From positions 1-64,000 of the IMG/VR virus record IMGVR_UViG_3300028832_002790: DNA of 64,000 nt. One strand, given 5' to 3'. The position numbers and the translations under genes were made by a program. The stretch is from a virus. Its lineage: Duplodnaviria > Caudoviricetes. Shown piece after piece: positions 1 through 7,418 of this stretch. The stretch's first letter is position 1; each line of letters starts with the position of its first letter. A model generated the notes under the pieces. That model saw only the letters and a list, made by a program, of their open reading frames with translations, had not been told where the DNA came from and searched no databases.

Positions 1-1473
1 AAAGTTTTTCCAGACATCTGCGTTTTTCCAAGACGATTCACCAGACGACGGTATTTTTATTACTTTATCTGATGCCGATTGCGAAAACGCATTTGATGCT
101 ACGACAGGTACTTGTGTACATGTTGAAAAATCGTATGTCGTAATACCAGCTTTTAAAAACGCGTTTGCACTAATTTGTAATGCAGTTGTAGTATCATCCG
201 GTCTTACAACAAGAGTACGAAGCGATTTGCATTCTCTAAAACAATCTGTTCCTATGGTTGGTTTATAATTGTTACTGGAAGCTGCCGGAATTTCCAATAT
301 GCCAATCTCCGTCAAATCATCACAATATGCAAAATTTGCGGTTCCGCTTCCAAATTCGGTGATTGTCGTGGTCCCGACAGATTCTATGTCTCCGCATCCA
401 TAGAATGCGTTGCCCATTATACCGGCGATTGCACCAACATCAAGTGTTTTCAATACTCCACAACTGTAAAAACAACGCGTGGGAAACAAAGTTACGCCTT
501 TAGCTTGTATTCTAATAAGATCGGTACATCTTTCAAAACAGCTCTCCCCGATGGTTGTTACATTAACCAATCCGATATCGGCAAGAGAAGAACATCCATA
601 AAAAGCACTGTTTCCGATAGTCGTCGTTGTAGCCGGAATAGAAACTTTGGTCAATCTACTACAATACTCAAACATATTTTGTGGTATGCTGGTTACAGTA
701 TCTGGAACAACGAAAGATTTAAGATCAACCATAGAATCCAAACAATAGTTGTTTATTGTAGTATTCTTTGGAATGGAAATCGCAGTGATTTTATCACAAC
801 AACTAAATGCATAATTGCCAACCGTCGCAATTTTTCCTAATTCTATGCTTGTTATTTTCTGGTTATTTTGTACAGCACCAGACCCTCCAATGTTTCCGTC
901 GAATTTTAGCGTTGCATAAGATTTTAGTGGGGTAATCGATATTACCTTATCACCAGACGTCGTGTATGCGTGCACTCTAGTAGTTTGTGCCGACATACCC
1001 ACGACATTTGTCGTACCATCTCCCCAATCAATTTCAACGCTGCTGCTTTCGGTTTGACCAAAAGCAAACTGAAACGTTAAATCATCTGCCGGAAGAGTGA
1101 TACGAATTCTAGTTATATCATCATTTGTAATATAAGTACATCCTACTATGACCCTTTTTCCCGCCACAGCTGCACCGGTAAGTTCGGATAAATCATAATT
1201 CCAACCTTCATTGACGAATCCCGTTCTGGTTGGAAGTTCCGGCATTTCCTCAAGAGCGCTTGCCTCCGCAAACGTATATCTATGAAGAGTTCTACCGTCG
1301 TAGTCTATAAACTCGACGTCTGGTTGTTCCGTTTCTCCCGCCGGTAAATTGCGGATGGCATCCCCATATTCAGAGAGCTTGGTCGGAACCGTTCCGCCTT
1401 TCTCTTCGATTGCGGATGCTATGTCGGCCTTCGAATCGAGAATGGCCTGAAGTTTTTGTGCTGTCGTACCCAT
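1..1473 (-). CDS. BspA-type leucine-rich-repeat protein with PKD-like motif, probable tail fibre/receptor-binding protein; 3' end runs off the window (absent from the ORF track)
   Basis: ATG at 1473 overlaps the upstream TAA (TAATG). Manual translation is open to base 1: MGTTAQKLQAILDSKADIASAIEEKGGTVPTKLSEYGDAIRNL..., VEIDWGDGT, then repeated LRR_5-like units such as VTSIPQNMFEYCSRLTKVSIP and TTIGNSAFYGCSSLADI. Confidence 0.75.
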   Translation of the reverse strand, partial: MGTTAQKLQAILDSKADIASAIEEKGGTVPTKLSEYGDAIRNLPAGETEQPDVEFIDYDGRTLHRYTFAEASALEEMPELPTRTGFVNEGWNYDLSELTGAAVAGKRVIVGCTYITNDDITRIRITLPADDLTFQFAFGQTESSSVEIDWGDGTTNVVGMSAQTTRVHAYTTSGDKVISITPLKSYATLKFDGNIGGSGAVQNNQKITSIELGKIATVGNYAFSCCDKITAISIPKNTTINNYCLDSMVDLKSFVVPDTVTSIPQNMFEYCSRLTKVSIPATTTTIGNSAFYGCSSLADIGLVNVTTIGESCFERCTDLIRIQAKGVTLFPTRCFYSCGVLKTLDVGAIAGIMGNAFYGCGDIESVGTTTITEFGSGTANFAYCDDLTEIGILEIPAASSNNYKPTIGTDCFRECKSLRTLVVRPDDTTTALQISANAFLKAGITTYDFSTCTQVPVVASNAFSQSASDKVIKIPSSGESSWKNADVWKNF

Positions 1474-3188
1474 TAGATTACCTCCCCGTTAATCTCGTCA
1501 AGGATCGTATTTATATCACCAATCGCACCGGACACATAATTGTTTACATATGTCTCTGTCGCCAATGTTCCTCCAGTCATTGGATAATTGAACGTTCTGA
1601 CCGGAATTGTACCCGTATCCGGGTCTTCTAACCCGCTGACTTGTATTGTTCCGATACCATAACTGGAATAAGTGTCCATCGAGCCCGGCATAGCACCGCC
1701 CATATTGAAAGATATGCTATTGGTGAAAATTGTAGATAAATTGCTCGAACCAGCTCGAATATATACCGTTCCGTTCTGTACTGTCAGATTATTATTAAGC
1801 GTAGTTGCTCCAGCGACTTCGAGTGTACTACTAAGTGTCGTCGCTCCTGTAACACCGAACGTGCCGCCAACAGTCGCATTACCTGTGACAGATAAAGAAT
1901 CTAGCGTTGTGGCACCGGCCTTCAATGTGTTATTGAGTGTGGTTGCTCCAGTAACTTCGAGTGTATTACTCAATGTGGTAGCCCCAGTAACACTAAGAGT
2001 TCCGGTTACCGTTTCATTTCCTGTCACCGACAAGGAGTCGAGTGTTGTAGCGCCAGCCTTCAACGTGCTACTAAGCGTGGTGGCTCCGGTGACGCCCAGC
2101 GTGCTGCTGAGCGTGGTGGCTCCGGTTACGCCCAGCGTGCCTCCAACTGTGGCGTTGTTGGTCACGCCGAGCGAATTGAGCGTCGCGGCACCGTCCACGT
2201 TTAAGGTGGTGTCGAAGTCCACTGCTCCGGTTGCGTTGAGGGTGTTCATGGTTGTGGCACCGTCCACGTTAAGGGTGGAGTCGAAGTCCACTGCCCCGGT
2301 GGCGGTGAGGGTGTTCAGGGTTGTGGCACCGTCCACGTTCAAGGTGGAGTCGAAGTCCACGGCTCCTGTTACACCAAGTGTCCCGCCAATGTCGGTGTTT
2401 CCATTAACATTCAACGTATTGGCGAACGTTACTGGTCCATCTGCATATAACGCAGAAGCTGTCTTAAGCTCGCCTTCGAAATATCCCCAAGAATCCGAAT
2501 AAAGAGTATCTCCGCTCAAGTAAAAATTGTTTACTCCTGCGGTCAGACTTTGGGTGTCTATGATCTTCTGGGCCTCGGCGGTTGTATGCATTATATAGCC
2601 GTAGGATTCGCTCTCTACTATGTCAACCTTCGTTATGGACGCGCTGGTGATTGTAGCCTCATTGGCCGAGATCGCGTTGAAATATGCGCTTCCGCACCCC
2701 TCTCCTGTTCCGGTGACATACAAATTGTCGTCTATGGTCACCTTTCCTACGGCGCTGGTTTCACCGCTGATTACAGCCGACTCGTGGACGATGAGCCCAT
2801 ACCCGGTATCGCCGTCGCCGGACATTCCGCTGATTTCAACCCAATCCCTTACATTAAGATGTCCGTTAATGTTTGTTTCACTGATATCGAAATTTATTAT
2901 ACCGGCTACGAGATTTATTGTGCTGTTGTCTGGGTCCGGTGGTTCGGCTGACGGATCGTGGTGTGCGTCTATTGTTATTACATTGTTTGGCGACCACGAA
3001 TATATATCTCCAAGACTATTCTTTTCTGCCGAAACACACCACCCCGATACGGATGGTGCCATAACGAAATCGCCGGAAAAGGGCACATCGTGCGATGCTA
3101 TCGGATCCCATCCGGCGTCCAGAATATTTGGGTTCTTATAGGTCTGGTGGCTTGTTCTATGCCACTTGCTATGAAATCTATTCGACAT
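1473..3188 (-). CDS. Repeat-rich beta-helical fibre-like structural protein
   Basis: Likely start MSNRFH at 3188 behind GAGG (track start 3224). Tandem GATTL/TL.VTG repeats; C-terminal GDINTILDEING; upstream ATAAATA late-like motif. Confidence 0.6.
   Translation of the reverse strand: MSNRFHSKWHRTSHQTYKNPNILDAGWDPIASHDVPFSGDFVMAPSVSGWCVSAEKNSLGDIYSWSPNNVITIDAHHDPSAEPPDPDNSTINLVAGIINFDISETNINGHLNVRDWVEISGMSGDGDTGYGLIVHESAVISGETSAVGKVTIDDNLYVTGTGEGCGSAYFNAISANEATITSASITKVDIVESESYGYIMHTTAEAQKIIDTQSLTAGVNNFYLSGDTLYSDSWGYFEGELKTASALYADGPVTFANTLNVNGNTDIGGTLGVTGAVDFDSTLNVDGATTLNTLTATGAVDFDSTLNVDGATTMNTLNATGAVDFDTTLNVDGAATLNSLGVTNNATVGGTLGVTGATTLSSTLGVTGATTLSSTLKAGATTLDSLSVTGNETVTGTLSVTGATTLSNTLEVTGATTLNNTLKAGATTLDSLSVTGNATVGGTFGVTGATTLSSTLEVAGATTLNNNLTVQNGTVYIRAGSSNLSTIFTNSISFNMGGAMPGSMDTYSSYGIGTIQVSGLEDPDTGTIPVRTFNYPMTGGTLATETYVNNYVSGAIGDINTILDEINGEVI
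1790..2390 (-). repeat. Intragenic tandem coding repeats: three 69-bp units (GAVDFDSTLNVDGATTLNTLTAT) and multiple GATTLSSTL.VT units
   Basis: Visible in protein and DNA, e.g. gtcgaagtccac recurring at 69-bp spacing. Confidence 0.85.
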
Positions 3189-3259
3189 TTTTAATACCTC
3201 ACGACACGATCTAAGCGCAACCATGTTTCAGGTTTCGATTATTGGTTGTCATAAAGTAT

Positions 3260-3685
3260 TTATCTACAATGCCAGCCCGGATAGCCGTACTTCTCGGTCA
3301 GCTTGTACGCCTTCCTGATATGCCATTTTTCTATGTGGTATCCCAGCCAAGTGAACTCGTTTCTGTAATATTTCACACAAGTGTACATATTTTCCTTCAA
3401 GCGAAGGTTCGCTTGGTGGAAATCGTCTTTGCTTCCACCCACAACAAAGTCCAAATCGTGTATCAGAACGGCTGGTAGGACAGCCTTGTGCAGATAGGAC
3501 AAGAACAGGCGGATTTTCTCCGGCAGCCTGTCCGGCCCGATATAATTAAATTCCTTCTCTATGGTCGCGTCGTCCAGCTTCGTGAACACGTTGCTGCAAT
3601 CCAAACGCAATCTCATGGCCTCCACCTTCAACTCCTTCCATGTCGGTAGTTTGTTGTTGACGTACAGGTCAGATATTGTTTTCAT
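3260..3685 (-). CDS. Hypothetical protein, possibly DUF1353/phospholipase-A2-like
   Basis: AVLIHDLDF...GGSKDDFHQANLRLKENM resembles the HD-xY...GG...AD/N pattern; recognised by eye only. Confidence 0.4.
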   Translation of the reverse strand: MKTISDLYVNNKLPTWKELKVEAMRLRLDCSNVFTKLDDATIEKEFNYIGPDRLPEKIRLFLSYLHKAVLPAVLIHDLDFVVGGSKDDFHQANLRLKENMYTCVKYYRNEFTWLGYHIEKWHIRKAYKLTEKYGYPGWHCR

Positions 3686-4176
3686 TTTTTAATTCGAATG
3701 CGTGGACGACAGACATTTACCCGGCCATAAAGATGGAACTGGTGGTTTAGCTGCTTCCATGTGACAATCCTGTTGCTTTCGACAGGCTTTGTCGTCGGTG
3801 CTGTCGCACAGGTTATGTGGATATGTTTGTTCGCGCTTCTTACGCCGGTCACGCCGACAGCAACCACGTCGTTCTTGAGTCCGACGCTGGTAACCGTTAG
3901 TTCCACTTCTTTTCCGAGCTCGGTTTCAACAATTTTATTATATTCGGCCTCCGCCTCCGGCGAACCGTTGTTGAAAACCATCGTAACGTGGTCGCAATAC
4001 CATTTCCAATCATTGGGTATACCGTCTCTAAACCAATATTTCACCCTGTCCATCAGCTGTCTTTTCGATTCCTCGTACAAAAAGACGCCGCAATACAGCC
4101 AAGTGCGATTGTCCCCAGAGAGGGTGCCCTGCTGCATTTCGGTCAAAACTTTGCTGCAATAAGAATCGAATTCCAT
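3682..4176 (-). CDS. 2H phosphoesterase (cyclic phosphodiesterase fold)
   Basis: Two HxT motifs (DHVTM, IHITC) about 55 aa apart; resembles the tRNA-ligase CPDase type; ATAAATA at 4185-4191. Confidence 0.7.
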   Translation of the reverse strand: MEFDSYCSKVLTEMQQGTLSGDNRTWLYCGVFLYEESKRQLMDRVKYWFRDGIPNDWKWYCDHVTMVFNNGSPEAEAEYNKIVETELGKEVELTVTSVGLKNDVVAVGVTGVRSANKHIHITCATAPTTKPVESNRIVTWKQLNHQFHLYGRVNVCRPRIRIKK

Positions 4177-4187
4177 TACAGCTATAT

Positions 4188-4724
4188 TTATCTATTTTTG
4201 CCCAGTTCTATGATCCTTTGATTCGATGATCCACGAAACGGGAGTGTCAGATCCTTCTTGTCCTCCTCGAATCTTCCATCGACCAAAACATCGATCAGCT
4301 TGAGGGTTTCCACGGAATCTTCGCAATACGGGTAGTCTTTGTACCCTTCCTTGAAGAACTTGTCCGCCCCATATTCCTCGATCGGGATTGTCAAATGCTC
4401 GTACTTGTACCCGGTATAGATCCAGATCGTCTTCTCGTCTCCGAATCTAGTGCGAAAACTCTCCGCAATATGCCTTACCTCGCCTATGTTGTTCGGGTGG
4501 AATGGCTCGCCTCCCAGAATGGTAAGACCCTTGTTGTAGTACGGTTCGCTGTTACGCAGAATGTTGTTCATATCCTTGAACATGAACAACTTTCCGAACT
4601 TGAAGTCGAACGCTTCCGGGTTGAAGCATCCTTTGCAGTTGTTCGTGCAGCCGCAAACGAACAAGGATGTCCTGATCCCCGGCCCGTTTGCGGTGTCGCA
4701 ATAATTAATGTTTGCGAAGTTCAT
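4188..4724 (-). CDS. nrdG: Anaerobic ribonucleotide reductase activating enzyme (radical SAM)
   Basis: NGPGIRTSLFVCGCTNNCKGCFN (CxxxCxxC), GGEPF, DVLVDGRF, FRGSSNQR. Confidence 0.95.
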   Translation of the reverse strand: MNFANINYCDTANGPGIRTSLFVCGCTNNCKGCFNPEAFDFKFGKLFMFKDMNNILRNSEPYYNKGLTILGGEPFHPNNIGEVRHIAESFRTRFGDEKTIWIYTGYKYEHLTIPIEEYGADKFFKEGYKDYPYCEDSVETLKLIDVLVDGRFEEDKKDLTLPFRGSSNQRIIELGKNR

Positions 4725-5221
4725 TAGTCCACCTTGAGCTGGTTCTTGAGAAACTCCGCCCTCATCTCGTCAGTGGCGTGGATCGCCGGTTCGACATCCT
4801 CGATTCCGTCTTCGGTCATATTGGTATACGCCAATGCCGTGGGCTCTTCGTAATCTGGAGAACCCGGAAGCGTTACTCCGCCGTCCATAGTGGAGATGGA
4901 AGCCGTCAATTCTTCCTGCTCCGGGGATGCGTTCCCCGGAAGAGCCTGCTTCTCGATCTTGGCCCTGTTGGCCTCGATCTCCTTCTGCTCCATGTAGAAT
5001 TGTACCGCCTTTAGAATCAGATCGCGGTTGTTCTGGTCGAGCGGGTGCTTGAACTTCTCGATGCCCCACCCGACGCGGGCCACGAACCGACCGTTATTGT
5101 CGATTATATCGCCCGTCTTTTCTTGGATCTTCCACGGAGTAGGAGATGTCACCATCATTCCTCTGAGAAGATTCTTTATCTCCTCCACTCCCACTTCCTT
5201 CTTTTGGTTTTTGTTCTTCAT
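4724..5221 (-). CDS. Hypothetical protein
   Basis: 165-aa ORF abutting nrdG with phage-like codon usage. Confidence 0.6.
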   Translation of the reverse strand: MKNKNQKKEVGVEEIKNLLRGMMVTSPTPWKIQEKTGDIIDNNGRFVARVGWGIEKFKHPLDQNNRDLILKAVQFYMEQKEIEANRAKIEKQALPGNASPEQEELTASISTMDGGVTLPGSPDYEEPTALAYTNMTEDGIEDVEPAIHATDEMRAEFLKNQLKVD

Positions 5222-5462
5222 ACTTATACCATCCTGTCACTTTGTCGTATAGATAGACCTCGTGCCTCGACTTCAAGAAACGCATTATGCTGACGAAATT
5301 CTCGTTCGAAAGACCTCTCCAGTAAAGATGATATGGGCCCCAGAAGCCAATCCCGAGGAATTTGTGGTATCTGGCGAACTTTATCTCCCACAGCCACCAC
5401 ATATCTCCAAGATCGATCTTTCCGTTGTCGAAGGCGCATCTTGTCTTTATTCGGATCTTCAT
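5094..5462 (-). CDS. Hypothetical protein (aromatic-rich); 3' end overlaps the next gene
   Basis: ATGA coupling with the upstream ORF; 128-nt overlap makes the 3' end uncertain. Confidence 0.45.
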   Translation of the reverse strand: MKIRIKTRCAFDNGKIDLGDMWWLWEIKFARYHKFLGIGFWGPYHLYWRGLSNENFVSIMRFLKSRHEVYLYDKVTGWYKYEEQKPKEGSGSGGDKESSQRNDGDISYSVEDPRKDGRYNRQ

Positions 5463-5701
5463 CTGTCGACTTCTTTGAATTTCTTGAAGAACGCATCGTC
5501 TATCAAAAACGTCTTATGCTTCCTTCTCGAAAGATACAGCATCGAGTTGAGCGTTTCGGCCTCCACGGGATTGTCCAGATCCTTCGCTAAAACCGGTTCG
5601 GTTATCTCCACCCAGTCCTGCCTCTCGAACTTCTCCTTGCTGCCATAATAAAGAATTTTACTGTCCGTTGTGATTATCAAATCCAATGTGTTCTTGTTCA
5701 T
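5459..5701 (-). CDS. Hypothetical protein
   Basis: AGGAG upstream; tightly packed ORF. Confidence 0.6.
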   Translation of the reverse strand: MNKNTLDLIITTDSKILYYGSKEKFERQDWVEITEPVLAKDLDNPVEAETLNSMLYLSRRKHKTFLIDDAFFKKFKEVDR

Positions 5702-5765
5702 TTGATCGCTCCTTGACTATAATAGTTAGAGCCCGAACAGTCACATTTCAACCTCCTGCGGTGCG

Positions 5766-5966
5766 TCAGTCGAACTCGTTGCTTCTTTTTACCTTTCCGT
5801 CCAGCGAGAATAGCCACACGAGATCGTGATCCAGCGATTCCTCGGACTTGTACAGCCTAATGCTCCTCCACGGAAGGAAGAACAATGGCTTCTCCTTGAG
5901 CTCGTATTGGATGACTCTGCCGTCTTCCTTACTGAAATGCGTCACGATTTTGTATTTCATTGTCAC
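5766..5966 (-). CDS. Hypothetical protein
   Basis: GTGA overlap with the upstream nuclease stop; AAGGAG upstream. Confidence 0.55.
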   Translation of the reverse strand: MTMKYKIVTHFSKEDGRVIQYELKEKPLFFLPWRSIRLYKSEESLDHDLVWLFSLDGKVKRSNEFD

Positions 5967-7351
5967 TCCTTGTTGGTTGTATTGTTTTCGATGTTCGCTC
6001 CCTTTGTCTTATTGCAAATCGAATGCGTCAATTGCATGTTATCGGCCGTGGTGTGCCCGCCTTTGCTAAAAGGCGTGATGTGATCGGCCTCGGCGTCTTC
6101 GATGTTCAATATTTGATTGCCGCAAATCGCACAAACGTGATTTTCGGTGGAATCCCACAGCTGTTTCACATCATTTCTCGAAAAATATCTCCTTTCGATA
6201 TACGGTTCGGCGATCTTGTTGAACTCTTCGATTACCATTTCGGTAGACGCTTTGCTCTTCTGACGATTCCCCATTCCGCCAAATTCCGTCTTGTATCGTT
6301 CGACGGCGCGAGGAAAAGCGACTTCTCTCAATTGATCAGAACATCTTGTAACGCACTCTTCGTGATTTAAATGCTCCTTAAAAAATCTAAGAACACCGAA
6401 ACCGAACCCGTCGACGACATTCGCCCCGCCGCAAAGGGTTGTTTTATAATACGGGAAAAAAGCGATATCGCCTATGGTGTTGTTAGCCATCTTGAATGTC
6501 TTCAAAACATCCTTTTTCAGTTTTTCGATGTCGCCGGAAAAATAATCCTTAAAACGAACGACTATCAAATCTTCCTTTTGGTTTACATCCGGCAGATATG
6601 TTCTAATGACATATTTCTTTATGAAGTTATCTCTGATCTTGCCCCTGTTGGTAAAATACCCGGCAGAACGCTCGAACAACGCCTTTACATTCTTGTCGTT
6701 CGATATCTCGTCCACCATGGCGATAAAATCCTGATCTCCGGTGGCGATCTGCTTCTCCATTTTCGTCAACGGCTTTCCGCTGTTTGTCCTGTTGTAGATG
6801 TCCAGCTTGTCTTTTTTGTCTATGTTGGTGTATTCCAGACACGTAAGCTGCGCGGAAAGAAACGCATCCTGTAATTCTTGCGGGAGATTGGAAAATTTGC
6901 ACCCGTTCAGCATATGTAGCTTTTCGAGTCCGCACAGCCTGTACTTGTCGTGCCTGAACAGCCACATGGCGGTCGTTCGCTGCTGGGCGTCTGTCAGCTC
7001 CTTTACCCGAAGCTTTACTCGCCCGTCGACGACGAGTCTTCCGTCGCAGTCTTGAGTTAGAATTATCGTGCCGATGTGTCCATTCAACAAAATCGTCTCT
7101 ATCAGAAACGAACACTGCTTTTTGGTCCAGCAAAATTCTCGCTGGAAAGACGGATGCTGATCAATTCTATTGGTATCGAACATTTCAAGATAATCTTTCA
7201 ACGATCTTACGACGGTATGAACGTTGTTTATCGACCTATCTCGAATTTCGATGGCCTTAGCTTCTTCCTCCGGTGTGAGAACCCTGCCTCTTGCCGTAGT
7301 CTCCTTGCCAAACCTCTCCGCGCTCTCTTGGAATCTTTCAGCATTATTCAT
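5963..7351 (-). CDS. DUF262 (ParB/Srx-like) plus C-terminal HNH protein, GmrSD/type IV restriction-like nuclease
   Basis: HPSFQREFCW, SFLIETILL, DAQQRTT, NRTNSGKPLT; C-terminal CAICG...EADHITPFSKGG...NMQLTHSICNKTKG. Confidence 0.85.
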   Translation of the reverse strand: MNNAERFQESAERFGKETTARGRVLTPEEEAKAIEIRDRSINNVHTVVRSLKDYLEMFDTNRIDQHPSFQREFCWTKKQCSFLIETILLNGHIGTIILTQDCDGRLVVDGRVKLRVKELTDAQQRTTAMWLFRHDKYRLCGLEKLHMLNGCKFSNLPQELQDAFLSAQLTCLEYTNIDKKDKLDIYNRTNSGKPLTKMEKQIATGDQDFIAMVDEISNDKNVKALFERSAGYFTNRGKIRDNFIKKYVIRTYLPDVNQKEDLIVVRFKDYFSGDIEKLKKDVLKTFKMANNTIGDIAFFPYYKTTLCGGANVVDGFGFGVLRFFKEHLNHEECVTRCSDQLREVAFPRAVERYKTEFGGMGNRQKSKASTEMVIEEFNKIAEPYIERRYFSRNDVKQLWDSTENHVCAICGNQILNIEDAEADHITPFSKGGHTTADNMQLTHSICNKTKGANIENNTTNKE

Positions 7352-7376
7352 GCTATTATGGTGTTGTGTTTCTGAT

Positions 7377-7408
7377 AAAACAAATCCTACCAGATTCGGT
7401 AGGATTTG
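7377..7408 (-). terminator. Intrinsic terminator after nrdD
   Basis: 11-bp stem CAAATCCTACC/GGTAGGATTTG followed by a T-run on the minus strand. Confidence 0.75.
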
Positions 7409-7418
7409 TCAAGGAGAA

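Noticed and set aside
1-1473. Diversity-generating retroelement acting on the LRR gene
   Set aside because: No reverse transcriptase or template repeat in this window, and the gene's 3' end is outside it
1672-2502. Long plus-strand ORFs (e.g. 1672..2502, 11177..11974, 22681..23814, 28454..29884, 41592..42830, 62224..63189)
   Set aside because: Antisense shadows of well-supported minus-strand genes, with no motifs or start signals
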